This document shows, in pieces, positions 10,465-19,694 of a stretch of DNA of 64,000 bases. Source of the DNA: a virus (Duplodnaviria; Caudoviricetes). The DNA is taken from the IMG/VR virus record IMGVR_UViG_3300029976_000159, positions 53,976-117,975 of that record, one strand, 5' to 3'. The translations under genes were made by a program, and so were the position numbers. Under the pieces are notes generated by a model. It had not been told where the DNA came from. It did no database searches and saw nothing but the letters and a program-made list of their open reading frames with translations. Numbering within the stretch: the first letter of the stretch is position 1; each line of letters opens with the position of its first letter.

Positions 10465-11571
10465 TCATAATATTATTCGTTCATTAAATAATTTTAAAAA
10501 AGTTTCCTTATCTTTGTCAAAAGGACTATCTTTATAATTTAATATCATATGTTTATCAAAAATAAAAGAAATTAGACAGTACTTTGAATATTTTTTATTT
10601 ATTTTAATTAAAGTGCGCGTTAATTTCTTAAATTCATCATCATTAATCTCCTGAAACTGTCTATCAAACGCTACACAAATTTCTTTAACTCCTAAAGCCA
10701 AGAGCAAAGAAACTTGATAGGTTGATAAATTACTACCGCAACACGCAACCGTAATATTATTTTCATCACCGAGATATTCAATACTTTTAAGTACTGATTT
10801 TTCAGCTTCGGCTACAATTGCGCATTTAACTTTTGATATATTATCTTTTGCCCAATTTAATCCATATAAATTCATTCCAAGAGGATGAGAATACAGAATA
10901 TCGTTGACTTTAATTGGGCGATATTTTCCGTATTTTTCAGCATCAGCCGCGCAAAGGGTGCGCCCGCGCAGACCGATAAAATTTCCATCTAGATCAAAGT
11001 GCGGTATTGTGATTAAATCCTCACCGGGATAAAAGCCCACTTGCCCCTTGCGCATTGTTCCTTTTGATATGCCCTCGCGCATCCAAGGTAAAATGTTTAT
11101 ATTATAATTAAATCGAGATAATATATCACTATTATATTGTTTAAAATTATATCTCTTTTTTCTGTTTGCGGTTTCATGTATCTGTTCGTAAGAGCGGAAA
11201 ATAGACCAATCCTCTAATTCATCCTCTTGGTTAAAAGCTGATACTGTACCAACTATTCCAAATCTATTGGCTATATATCTTACAGCATCGTTTAAATCCC
11301 AGTCTAAATCATGTTGTAAAGACATTACTTTAATACATAATTCAAAAATATCGAATACATCATTTTCGCAACCAGTAAAACATTTACATAATTCCGTATT
11401 AAAATAATAATAGAGTTTGCGGCTTCCTTGTCCCGGTAAATTATGACATATTGTAGTGCTTACAATTGCGTTATCGGTTACTTCAGGATCGCCGCCCCAC
11501 TCTTGAAACAATTCAAAAATATTATCTTGTGTTAATTCTTGTTTAACTTCGTCTTTATCATAATTAATCAT
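10465..11571 (-). CDS. DNA primase (Zn-binding + TOPRIM)
   Basis: ICHN..CFTGC Zn finger, IGLRGR, LYGLN, AEAEKS, AFD. Confidence 0.85.
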   Translation of the reverse strand: MINYDKDEVKQELTQDNIFELFQEWGGDPEVTDNAIVSTTICHNLPGQGSRKLYYYFNTELCKCFTGCENDVFDIFELCIKVMSLQHDLDWDLNDAVRYIANRFGIVGTVSAFNQEDELEDWSIFRSYEQIHETANRKKRYNFKQYNSDILSRFNYNINILPWMREGISKGTMRKGQVGFYPGEDLITIPHFDLDGNFIGLRGRTLCAADAEKYGKYRPIKVNDILYSHPLGMNLYGLNWAKDNISKVKCAIVAEAEKSVLKSIEYLGDENNITVACCGSNLSTYQVSLLLALGVKEICVAFDRQFQEINDDEFKKLTRTLIKINKKYSKYCLISFIFDKHMILNYKDSPFDKDKETFLKLFNERIIL

Positions 11572-11746
11572 AATTAGTGAGTCATAACTTTTCGACAGGG
11601 ATACAGAGGATTGATTTCTCTATTTACATATTCACACAAATATTTTTGATCTGTACCTTTAATCTTTTTCTTTTTCTTTATCTTTAACAATCTGCTCGTC
11701 ATTTTCGGTGACATTGTATATTCTGAATACATTTTTCATCTCTCCT

Positions 11747-13276
11747 TTAAAAAGCACTCGGTTCGTCTACAACAATTTTTAAATTTTCTATTTCTTTTAA
11801 TTCATAATCATAACCAGTACAAAACATTGGTTGTATTCTACAGGTTCCTAAATCAGCTTTGCACCAAAGGTAAACACCTTTCCATCGTCCTCGTCTATTT
11901 TTATAAATGGATATTTTAAGAGTGGGTGTATCGAAACAACCAGAGCATAGAACAGGTTCAAGAGCTACTAAATCTTCTTGCCGAACATTAAGTAATATCA
12001 TACCTACATCTATTTTATCTCCGATAGATTTTGCTCCTCGAAGAAGGTTTTGGTCTGGAGTGGCGCTTGTTTGATAATCAGCGTTTAGCTGAGTTGCCGA
12101 AAGTAAGAATATTTCCAACTGGTTACACAAATCCTTGAGGCGAATTGCCATCATGAATAATATATTATCTTCTCTGAGTTTAACTCCACCCGAGCGTTTA
12201 GTAATCTCTTCTAGAATTTTCATACTCGTATGAATATAATCATAAACAACGTAACGAATATCAAAATCTCGTACTGCTTTTTTAATTCTATTCTCTACAT
12301 CTTGTAAAGAAAAATCCGGCATTTCGTCAACGTATAAGGGGCTATCTTGTAAAATTCTCGCCGCCTCCAATACTCGTTCTTCTTCATCTCCTGTATATTT
12401 GCCATTTAATATATGTTCTTCATTTACATTAGATAAGAAAGCTAACATCATCGTTTGTACCTCACCTAAATCTTGTTCAGTAGTTATGTACAGGACTGGT
12501 TCTTTTTGTCCATTGTTTATCCATCCAAAATTTTCATCATAAATTTTATCACAAGCTATATAACAAGCATCCGCAATTAGCGATCGTGACTTTCCTGTTC
12601 CTGTAGCAGCAGAACGCAAGTAAAACTTTTTTAATCTCGCCCCTCGCGTCACTGTATTGATAAGCGGACCGTAGAGCGGAACGCCCACCTCAGGATGTCG
12701 TTTTAAATCTTGAATTAATTCAAAGATTCCTTCACCAGCGTTTACCGATTCGTCTGTGTTGTTATCTACATACTTAGAACGAATTTCATCTACTTGATTT
12801 ATTACTTTTTGCGCAAGTTCTTCCAAAGACATTGTATCCAACAGTTCTTCTTGCTTTTGGCGCTTTTTTGTGTCTAAAATATTATCAGGATCGTACAAAT
12901 AGCGCACATTTATACCATGGTTATCAAACTCACGTAATAAAGTCATTTTCTTCATGCGCCCATAATAATAATCAAAACTTGAAGAAATAGCTTTTTCCGC
13001 AATCTCCTTTATCCACTCATAACCACGATTTTGATTAAAGACTGCTTCATATTGCGGACGACTTGCTAAATAATCATGTATGTTATCTAAGTTTATCTGT
13101 TTTGCACCTAGCTCATATAACTTATATATGGAGCCAAAAGCAATTCGATGAAATTCATTAGGAAAATCATCTTCAGAGAAAAAATATTTATCTGTAAAAT
13201 CAAATAATGATGGATGATTATAAATATTTCCTATTACTTGGATAATTGCGGCTGTGTCAACATATTTTGAACCCAT
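11747..13276 (-). CDS. dnaB: DnaB-like replicative helicase
   Basis: ATGTGKS Walker A, YDYI, ATQLN, KNRRG. Confidence 0.9.
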   Translation of the reverse strand: MGSKYVDTAAIIQVIGNIYNHPSLFDFTDKYFFSEDDFPNEFHRIAFGSIYKLYELGAKQINLDNIHDYLASRPQYEAVFNQNRGYEWIKEIAEKAISSSFDYYYGRMKKMTLLREFDNHGINVRYLYDPDNILDTKKRQKQEELLDTMSLEELAQKVINQVDEIRSKYVDNNTDESVNAGEGIFELIQDLKRHPEVGVPLYGPLINTVTRGARLKKFYLRSAATGTGKSRSLIADACYIACDKIYDENFGWINNGQKEPVLYITTEQDLGEVQTMMLAFLSNVNEEHILNGKYTGDEEERVLEAARILQDSPLYVDEMPDFSLQDVENRIKKAVRDFDIRYVVYDYIHTSMKILEEITKRSGGVKLREDNILFMMAIRLKDLCNQLEIFLLSATQLNADYQTSATPDQNLLRGAKSIGDKIDVGMILLNVRQEDLVALEPVLCSGCFDTPTLKISIYKNRRGRWKGVYLWCKADLGTCRIQPMFCTGYDYELKEIENLKIVVDEPSAF

Positions 13277-13806
13277 TATCCAACCTCCTCTTTATCTAAA
13301 AATGAAAAGATATTTTTTCTTTTTTTACGTTTTCTGTGTGGTTGGTCTATGTGAACTACTTCTTCTGTTGGGACAAAACCATCTATACTTTTTCCCAGAT
13401 TAAGTTGTTGCGCTTCCCACAAAGCGTAATAATAATTGTAAGCTGCATCATAAGTATAAGGAACGATACCTATACCATCATTCGCTTTTTCTATTGGATT
13501 TTTCTTTACTTCAAAAAAATATTTAAGTGTTTTATAAATTCCTGAATATGTATATTTATAATCACGCATATAAGTTTGAATTTGCTTTTGTATTTTAGCA
13601 TTTACTGTATTTGTATTAAACAAATACTTGATATATTCTTCAAGAGTTTTTTTATCTTGTTGCTCTTTAGTTTTTTCTTCTTCAGATTTATCTGCGCATT
13701 TTTTATGTGCGTAACGTCTGTTTGCAATTTGTACGAATGGTTCTTTATCTCGATCAAAGTGCTGACCGCACACCGCGCATTTTACTGTATGCGCCATCGC
13801 TTTCAC
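13276..13806 (-). CDS. Zn-finger protein translationally coupled to the helicase (possible loader)
   Basis: CAVC...HKKC motif; overlaps dnaB start. Confidence 0.6.
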   Translation of the reverse strand: MKAMAHTVKCAVCGQHFDRDKEPFVQIANRRYAHKKCADKSEEEKTKEQQDKKTLEEYIKYLFNTNTVNAKIQKQIQTYMRDYKYTYSGIYKTLKYFFEVKKNPIEKANDGIGIVPYTYDAAYNYYYALWEAQQLNLGKSIDGFVPTEEVVHIDQPHRKRKKRKNIFSFLDKEEVG

Positions 13807-13886
13807 CTTTCTTTTTATTTATAATATCATATTTTTTATATAAAATCAAAGGGATTAACCTTTTATTAGATTAATCCCTTAATAAT

Positions 13887-14867
13887 TTATCCTATCATCG
13901 TTTTTAATTCTTCAACTATTAAATCAAGCTGTTCCACTTGATTCGGTAGAGCTTCATTTACTTTTTTGCCTTTTCCCAAATATTTATTAACTACATCTAC
14001 TATTTTAGCGCCATTGCTTTGATTGGCTTGCATAAGTTCACTAGTCAATTTTTGGAAATCGGCTTTAAGTTGTTCAAAGTCATATGTTTTTACTTTAACC
14101 GCTTCTATTGGAGCATCTGTAACAAATTTGTTGTTATGTTCTTCAGCTTCTTTGTCAATCGCTTCGGTCAAAGCTTTAGTTAAAGCATCATAGCTAAACG
14201 GTATCTCTGGTTCTATATGCTGAAAACGACTTTTGCATACTATACTATTATCATTTGATCTAAGTGTTAAAACACGTTTAGATTGTCCATCTTTCATAAC
14301 CACGTGCGCATATCCTATCAAGTCAGCCATGTTCTCTAATATTGTTTCAGCTGATTTCTGCAAAGATGGACAAATCTGTTGATATTCTTCTCCGTACTGC
14401 GGTTTTATGGTTTTTTCATTGCTATGTGAAATAAATACTATTGCGTACCCCAGTTGCGCAAGCGTACGAAAAACATCCTCAAATTCTTTTTTGTATTTAC
14501 TCCAACCGTTTGTTTTCCAACCACCATCTCCTATGCTATCAATATTAAGTTGATTACATATATATTTTTGACAGTATTCACTCATTAAATCTGCGGTATC
14601 TATAATAATCGATTGAAAATGTTGCTTAACTTCCGGTTTTTTAAGCTCTCTTAACACTTGACGCATTTCACTCCACGAAGTAATATCTTGCGCAATGATT
14701 CCCGGAATAGCGTTGTATCCTCGCTCCGCCGCAAGCAAGAGAGGCTGCGGCATATGACTACCGAATGTCGTTTTACCTACCCCGGCTGGTCCGTACAAAT
14801 ACGTAATATAACCAGCCAGGTCACGGCTAACTTTATGCGGCGCAATTTTCAATAAATCTATTGCCAT
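13887..14867 (-). CDS. AAA_24/Sak4-like P-loop ATPase (recombination)
   Basis: YGPAGVGKTT, IIIDT, FISH motifs. Confidence 0.8.
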   Translation of the reverse strand: MAIDLLKIAPHKVSRDLAGYITYLYGPAGVGKTTFGSHMPQPLLLAAERGYNAIPGIIAQDITSWSEMRQVLRELKKPEVKQHFQSIIIDTADLMSEYCQKYICNQLNIDSIGDGGWKTNGWSKYKKEFEDVFRTLAQLGYAIVFISHSNEKTIKPQYGEEYQQICPSLQKSAETILENMADLIGYAHVVMKDGQSKRVLTLRSNDNSIVCKSRFQHIEPEIPFSYDALTKALTEAIDKEAEEHNNKFVTDAPIEAVKVKTYDFEQLKADFQKLTSELMQANQSNGAKIVDVVNKYLGKGKKVNEALPNQVEQLDLIVEELKTMIG

Positions 14868-14887
14868 ATTATTTCATTATCCTTTCA

Positions 14888-15844
14888 TTAAAAATCATAT
14901 TCACCACTTGCTACACTTGTCGTAGACTTTACTATATTTGTCGGTATTGTGTTATTCTTACTTTCTTTATAATTAATTGCATCCTGCTTTTTTGTAGCCA
15001 AATACATTTCTCTATCGGACATCATTTTCTTAAGCTCCTCAACCGTCATAGTTGATTCATCATCCCATACGTACGGCTCAGAATTTGCCCAATTAATAAC
15101 AAAATCTCGTCTAGATACCGGCACTTCACGCACATAATTTGCCCCAAAGGCACTTTCCTCTTCCTGTCTGCGCACTATTGTTGTTGAAATTTGCTTGCCT
15201 CTAACCTTAGTAAATATCGGATTTCTGCTAGAAGCATCAAGGCTTTCAAAGTAATCCATTGCATCATCAGCCAGCGCGCTCAATTCAACCGGAATAAGAG
15301 TACCTCTATATCCATTAAATACCGCACCTTTAACTACCACTTTCTCCGGAATATCTCTCTCAGGATCACCCTCTCTCCTTGTGCAACTAGTTATAAGCAT
15401 ATCTACCTCAAACTTGTTGCGCTCTTTGTCGTCAGAAAATACTCCATTCACCTGATGAATAAATCCATCAACATTTCTTTTTCCAGAAACAAGTTCCCAC
15501 TGCCCATCTCTTTCAACATAATAATCATTTACTCCTATTGAAGTATCAACTCTTAATTTAAAAGCTTCATCTTTTGAACTTCCCATTATTGTTTTATATC
15601 TGCCCTCTATAATATTCAAAAGAGTTGTGTAAGTTGCATTAGGTTTACCCTTTGCTGTAGTGGGTGTAACATATGTATAATAAACCGAAACTATATTATC
15701 ACATTCATCATTTGTTGCTATATCTATCTTACCTCGAATGTACGTTGTCCCCGGATGTTTTGACTGAGATCCCGTTACTCCTTGTGTAAGCGAATGATTA
15801 TAGAGATAACCTTCTAATCTAACACTATTAATTAACTTTTTCAT
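14888..15844 (-). CDS. Putative ssDNA-binding (OB-fold) protein
   Basis: Next to the Sak4-like gene, beta-rich, acidic/aromatic C-terminus (GEYDF). Confidence 0.5.
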   Translation of the reverse strand: MKKLINSVRLEGYLYNHSLTQGVTGSQSKHPGTTYIRGKIDIATNDECDNIVSVYYTYVTPTTAKGKPNATYTTLLNIIEGRYKTIMGSSKDEAFKLRVDTSIGVNDYYVERDGQWELVSGKRNVDGFIHQVNGVFSDDKERNKFEVDMLITSCTRREGDPERDIPEKVVVKGAVFNGYRGTLIPVELSALADDAMDYFESLDASSRNPIFTKVRGKQISTTIVRRQEEESAFGANYVREVPVSRRDFVINWANSEPYVWDDESTMTVEELKKMMSDREMYLATKKQDAINYKESKNNTIPTNIVKSTTSVASGEYDF

Positions 15845-15855
15845 TTTATTCTCCT

Positions 15856-16212
15856 TTAATCAATATTAATTTCTTTACCTTTTGATGTAATACTATAAAT
15901 TACAGGATTCGTTCCCATTTTCTCTACATAACCATCAGTTACTAATTTACGTATTGCGCCAGATACGGTGCGTGAAGACACAGCTAATTCGTTTGCTATA
16001 TCTTTTGCTTGAAATAATTGTATTTCGGAATGCTCCTGCATATACTGTAAAATTAATTTACCATTATCAGTAAAAGCTTGCTTATTTTCGTTCGTACCTA
16101 TTTTTAATGCCTGTAAGTAAACTTTTGCATCTTCAGACATATTTGCTACAATATCAGGAGATGCATTCATCAACTGCTCAAGAAAATTAAGAAACGCTTC
16201 TTTTTTACCCAT
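15856..16212 (-). CDS. Winged-helix DNA-binding protein
   Basis: AKDIANELAVSSRTVSGAIRKLVTDGYV HTH. Confidence 0.75.
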   Translation of the reverse strand: MGKKEAFLNFLEQLMNASPDIVANMSEDAKVYLQALKIGTNENKQAFTDNGKLILQYMQEHSEIQLFQAKDIANELAVSSRTVSGAIRKLVTDGYVEKMGTNPVIYSITSKGKEINID

Positions 16213-16246
16213 ATTTACTTTATCCTTTCTTATTTCTTATACATAT

Positions 16247-16275
16247 ATAATATCATAAAAAATATAAAAAGTCAA
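16247..16275 (-). promoter_or_regulatory. Sigma-A-type promoter (representative of about 20 similar copies in the window)
   Basis: TTGACT-17 nt-TATTAT with extended -10 TG. Confidence 0.75.
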
Positions 16276-16943
16276 AGATGCGGAAAACGTCCACAACTTT
16301 TATCTTCTTTACAGTAACCCGCTTCCTCACATTTAGCATAAAAATAATTATTAACTATTTTATCCCATTCGAGGGAATATTTTCCAAGAGCAACAATCAA
16401 ATCAGAAAATAATTTTCTATATTCCCAATAAGCTCTTGCGCACATCCTTTGCTTAGCCATATCCATCAAATTGCGCAAATTATGTTTACAAACAACTTTA
16501 GTTTTCATTCCAAGAGGCAAAAGCAAAGCACAGTCCTCACGTGGAACTCCAGTTTTTTCTAAACTACTCATTGTAGCCTGAATGCCTATCATTGCGTTTT
16601 GATATAATTTTTCAACATCAGGATTAGATTGAATCGATTGGGGTATTACATAGTCAAAACCATCTTCATAGTTAATATATCGGGTGCTTGCTTGAAGTCT
16701 TGTTGGCGAACCCCCTATATGAGTATACCACTCCCGTATAACCCTTGCCGAATATCCTTCTAAAATCATGTATACGTCAGGATATTCAAAAGTACGTCCG
16801 TGTCCGTTATCTAAGCACGTCAATCCTCTTTTGTAATTTTTGTCGTTATCTGTTGTATTGGCATTCCAACATATTCCAGCTTCTTTACCTATTAAAGTAA
16901 TAGGATACTTAGTTGTTTCTTCTTGAATTATGACTTGCCCCAT
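16272..16943 (-). CDS. thyX: Flavin-dependent thymidylate synthase
   Basis: GH..FE, SARVIRE..TH...QASTRY, NLRNL, R.C.RA.WE. Confidence 0.85.
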   Translation of the reverse strand: MGQVIIQEETTKYPITLIGKEAGICWNANTTDNDKNYKRGLTCLDNGHGRTFEYPDVYMILEGYSARVIREWYTHIGGSPTRLQASTRYINYEDGFDYVIPQSIQSNPDVEKLYQNAMIGIQATMSSLEKTGVPREDCALLLPLGMKTKVVCKHNLRNLMDMAKQRMCARAYWEYRKLFSDLIVALGKYSLEWDKIVNNYFYAKCEEAGYCKEDKSCGRFPHL

Positions 16944-16944
16944 A

Positions 16945-17907
16945 TCAACTTCCTCCTGAAGTACTGTTATAACCAAAGCTTTGCGTTTTAAAAAAATCTA
17001 TCCAAAACTTTTCTCGTTCGTTTAAATCAGCAATTGAACATTCTTCTACAAGCTCAAAAGCAAAATTTTCAACACCATCATCTTTCATAGCCATATATAA
17101 TTTATTGCGCGAACCGCTTTCCGCTCCTAAACCTCGTTTAACGTGCGTGCGCCAGCGCCCTTTTAAATCTCTGCTCTGTCCTATATAGGATTTTAAATTG
17201 TTTAAATTAATAATTCTATAAATACCAACGCTTATATCGCCTAAAACCCTACCAACCAAATCATTAAAGGGCTTTTCATAATAAGTTTTCCAAATAACTT
17301 TATCTAAAGGTTCCTCGTTGCGCAAATGGCTCGCTACTTCACGCAGTTGTTCAATTTCTTCTAAATCGTCTTTTGGAATTAATATTTTATGAAAATCTCG
17401 AACATTTTTTTTCTCTTCTTGCTTTTTTAATATATCAATAATTATTTTCTCTTGTTCTTTTGCCTTTTGGACTTCATTTGTTATATTTTGTAATTCTTTT
17501 ATTTTAGAAGATATATTATCACTCATTTCTTTAATATCATTATGATAATCTTCTTCGTATTTCTCTTTCGCCTCTTGGTATTTTTTACTTGCGGCTTCAG
17601 CAGCTTTATCCATCTTATCATTCATTAAATCCAGACTGGTTTGTAAAGTATTCTCTGCTACTGAAACCTCGTTTAATGTTTTGGTTACTTGTTCTTGATA
17701 ATATTCTAGCTAATTTTTAGCTTCGCATATATCGCTTTGTAAATTATCTTTCTAAACTTTTAAACTATCATAGGCTGCTTGAGAATCAAATATATCTTTT
17801 TGCATACCATGTATAGTCTAAGTTTTTCTAATAATTTTATAACCTAAAATCATTAAAATACCAATAAGCATTATATTTATTCCAATTAATATGTACGTAT
17901 AAATCAT
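16945..17907 (-). CDS. Membrane-anchored coiled-coil protein with C-terminal GIY-YIG domain (320 aa, 3 in-frame TAG)
   Basis: Frame extends 94 codons upstream of 17625 with only TAG at 17818, 17752, 17710; N-terminal TM helix; GIYRI...YIGQS. Confidence 0.8.
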
Positions 17908-17947
17908 AATAATAGATTTGGGGAGAATTATATCTCCCCAAAATCAA

Positions 17948-18208
17948 TTACGCCTCTTCGAGGTCTGGATCATAATCCATTCCAGCATCTGTCAAGCGCA
18001 AGAACTTAACTGCCTTATGCGTGCCATCCGGCAACTCTATCTCAGCCGGGACTCTAACACCCAAGCCTTTGCGCTGAAGCGCACTCGTGAAGATGCCATC
18101 TACGGACTTCTTCTCTATGCCCAACTCCTCCGCAACATCAGCAGAAGTAACATTCTCACCATTAATTCTCTTCAAATACTCAAATACTCTACGACTATTA
18201 GCCTTCAT
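17948..18208 (-). CDS. Small winged-helix DNA-binding protein
   Basis: VTSADVAEELGIEKKSVDGI HTH; own promoter and terminator. Confidence 0.7.
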   Translation of the reverse strand: MKANSRRVFEYLKRINGENVTSADVAEELGIEKKSVDGIFTSALQRKGLGVRVPAEIELPDGTHKAVKFLRLTDAGMDYDPDLEEA

Positions 18209-18275
18209 TGTAAATCTCTCCTTTTTAATTTAATTTTTTATTGTATAAAGATTATAGCATAAAATTTTTTATTTG

Positions 18276-18461
18276 TCAATTCAAAAATTTTAGAATTAAT
18301 TCATCAAGGACAAACAAGTCTTCTACATCGTCAACTTTGTTAGTTAGCTTAATAATCGCTGTTTCGATTTTATTTCTTTCTCGTTTGTCGGTTGCCTTGT
18401 CTAACTGCTTTTGTAAAGCTGCGAGCTGCATCGCTATTTTCTTTAATTCATTTTTTTTCAT
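18276..18461 (-). CDS. Hypothetical protein
   Basis: ORF downstream of a promoter motif. Confidence 0.5.
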   Translation of the reverse strand: MKKNELKKIAMQLAALQKQLDKATDKRERNKIETAIIKLTNKVDDVEDLFVLDELILKFLN

Positions 18462-18520
18462 TGATTTTCCTCTTCTAATCTTTATGTATATATATTAACA
18501 AAATTTTTTTATTTTGTCAA

Positions 18521-19648
18521 TTACCAAAAAATACCTTTTATCGTACAATCTTCGGGATTTTTATCATCTCTAAATCCTTTAAAGAACGCATGACGCATTG
18601 TATGCTCCACCTTATTCAGTTCCATACACTGTATCATCACAACTTTTCCTAAATACTTATCTGGATTTTGTGAAAAATCCTCGCGTAGTTCATCTGTAAG
18701 TCCTGACGCAACTGTTCCTATTTCTTTTATTTCACCATGCTCATCATACGCACCAACTATTATAGCTGTTTTCCAGCCATAATAATAACCTTTAGTAACA
18801 GCTAATACATCATCAATTCCAAACGTATTACACAAAGTTGCATATTTACCTTGTAGTCTATTATTATCAGATACTCGAATATTATATCCCCAAGAATCTA
18901 TATCCTTGCCTGTATATTCTTTTGTGGCATCACAAAAACCCATACAAATCGCATCAAGATAATCCACTTTTTTAATTTTAAGATTAGCCCAAGCTGGTCG
19001 TTTACCGGGAGAATACGGAGCATCATTTTTCTTTAAGACCATACCCTCTTCTCCCCTATTAAGCGCAGCTGCCGTTTCTTCTTGTATATTTTCTGTATAA
19101 ATATCAGCTAATTCAATAAAATCATAGTCAGAAAGCGTATACTCATTATACAAGTTTTTTAAAATATTATATCTTTCTAGTGCGCCCTTTTCTAAAAGCA
19201 ACTCACCATTATATTTAATAATATCATGAATATAATAATGAATATACCCTTCTTCTTTCTGGCGCTGTTTAGCTTTTTCAGCCAAACAGCCCATTATACG
19301 AGTAACATCTTTAGATTCTCTATTAGGATAATATATTTCGCCCACTATTATCGTTCCTTTTGGAACTCTAAATAAAGCTTGCATTATATGTGGTACATTT
19401 GCGCTTTTTTCTGTGGGGATTCCCGTTGTTGTACTTTTATTTCTACTAAATAAATAAGTTTGACCTTCGTCCGTTTTTTCGTATTGATACCAATAACCAT
19501 CTTTCTTTAACTCAGCAAAGTAATCACCTGAATTAGCTATTTCAGCAAATTTATATTCTTTACCGTCAGGCAATTTCCAAACCTTCATTGCTTCAATACA
19601 TTCAGCACCGGGTGCGTACTTATCTATTAATTCTCTCGAAAAAGCCAT
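18521..19648 (-). CDS. ATP-dependent DNA ligase
   Basis: ELKKDG, GEIY, EGMVLK, LKIK, RHAFFKGFRDDK. Confidence 0.9.
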   Translation of the reverse strand: MAFSRELIDKYAPGAECIEAMKVWKLPDGKEYKFAEIANSGDYFAELKKDGYWYQYEKTDEGQTYLFSRNKSTTTGIPTEKSANVPHIMQALFRVPKGTIIVGEIYYPNRESKDVTRIMGCLAEKAKQRQKEEGYIHYYIHDIIKYNGELLLEKGALERYNILKNLYNEYTLSDYDFIELADIYTENIQEETAAALNRGEEGMVLKKNDAPYSPGKRPAWANLKIKKVDYLDAICMGFCDATKEYTGKDIDSWGYNIRVSDNNRLQGKYATLCNTFGIDDVLAVTKGYYYGWKTAIIVGAYDEHGEIKEIGTVASGLTDELREDFSQNPDKYLGKVVMIQCMELNKVEHTMRHAFFKGFRDDKNPEDCTIKGIFW

Positions 19649-19694
19649 TTATCTTAACCTTTCTCATATATTATACTATAAAAATTTTTTAAAA

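Noticed and set aside
11574-11739. Small gene between dnaB and primase
   Set aside because: An RBS is present but the coding signal is split over frames at an A-rich run; cannot tell pseudogene from sequencing error
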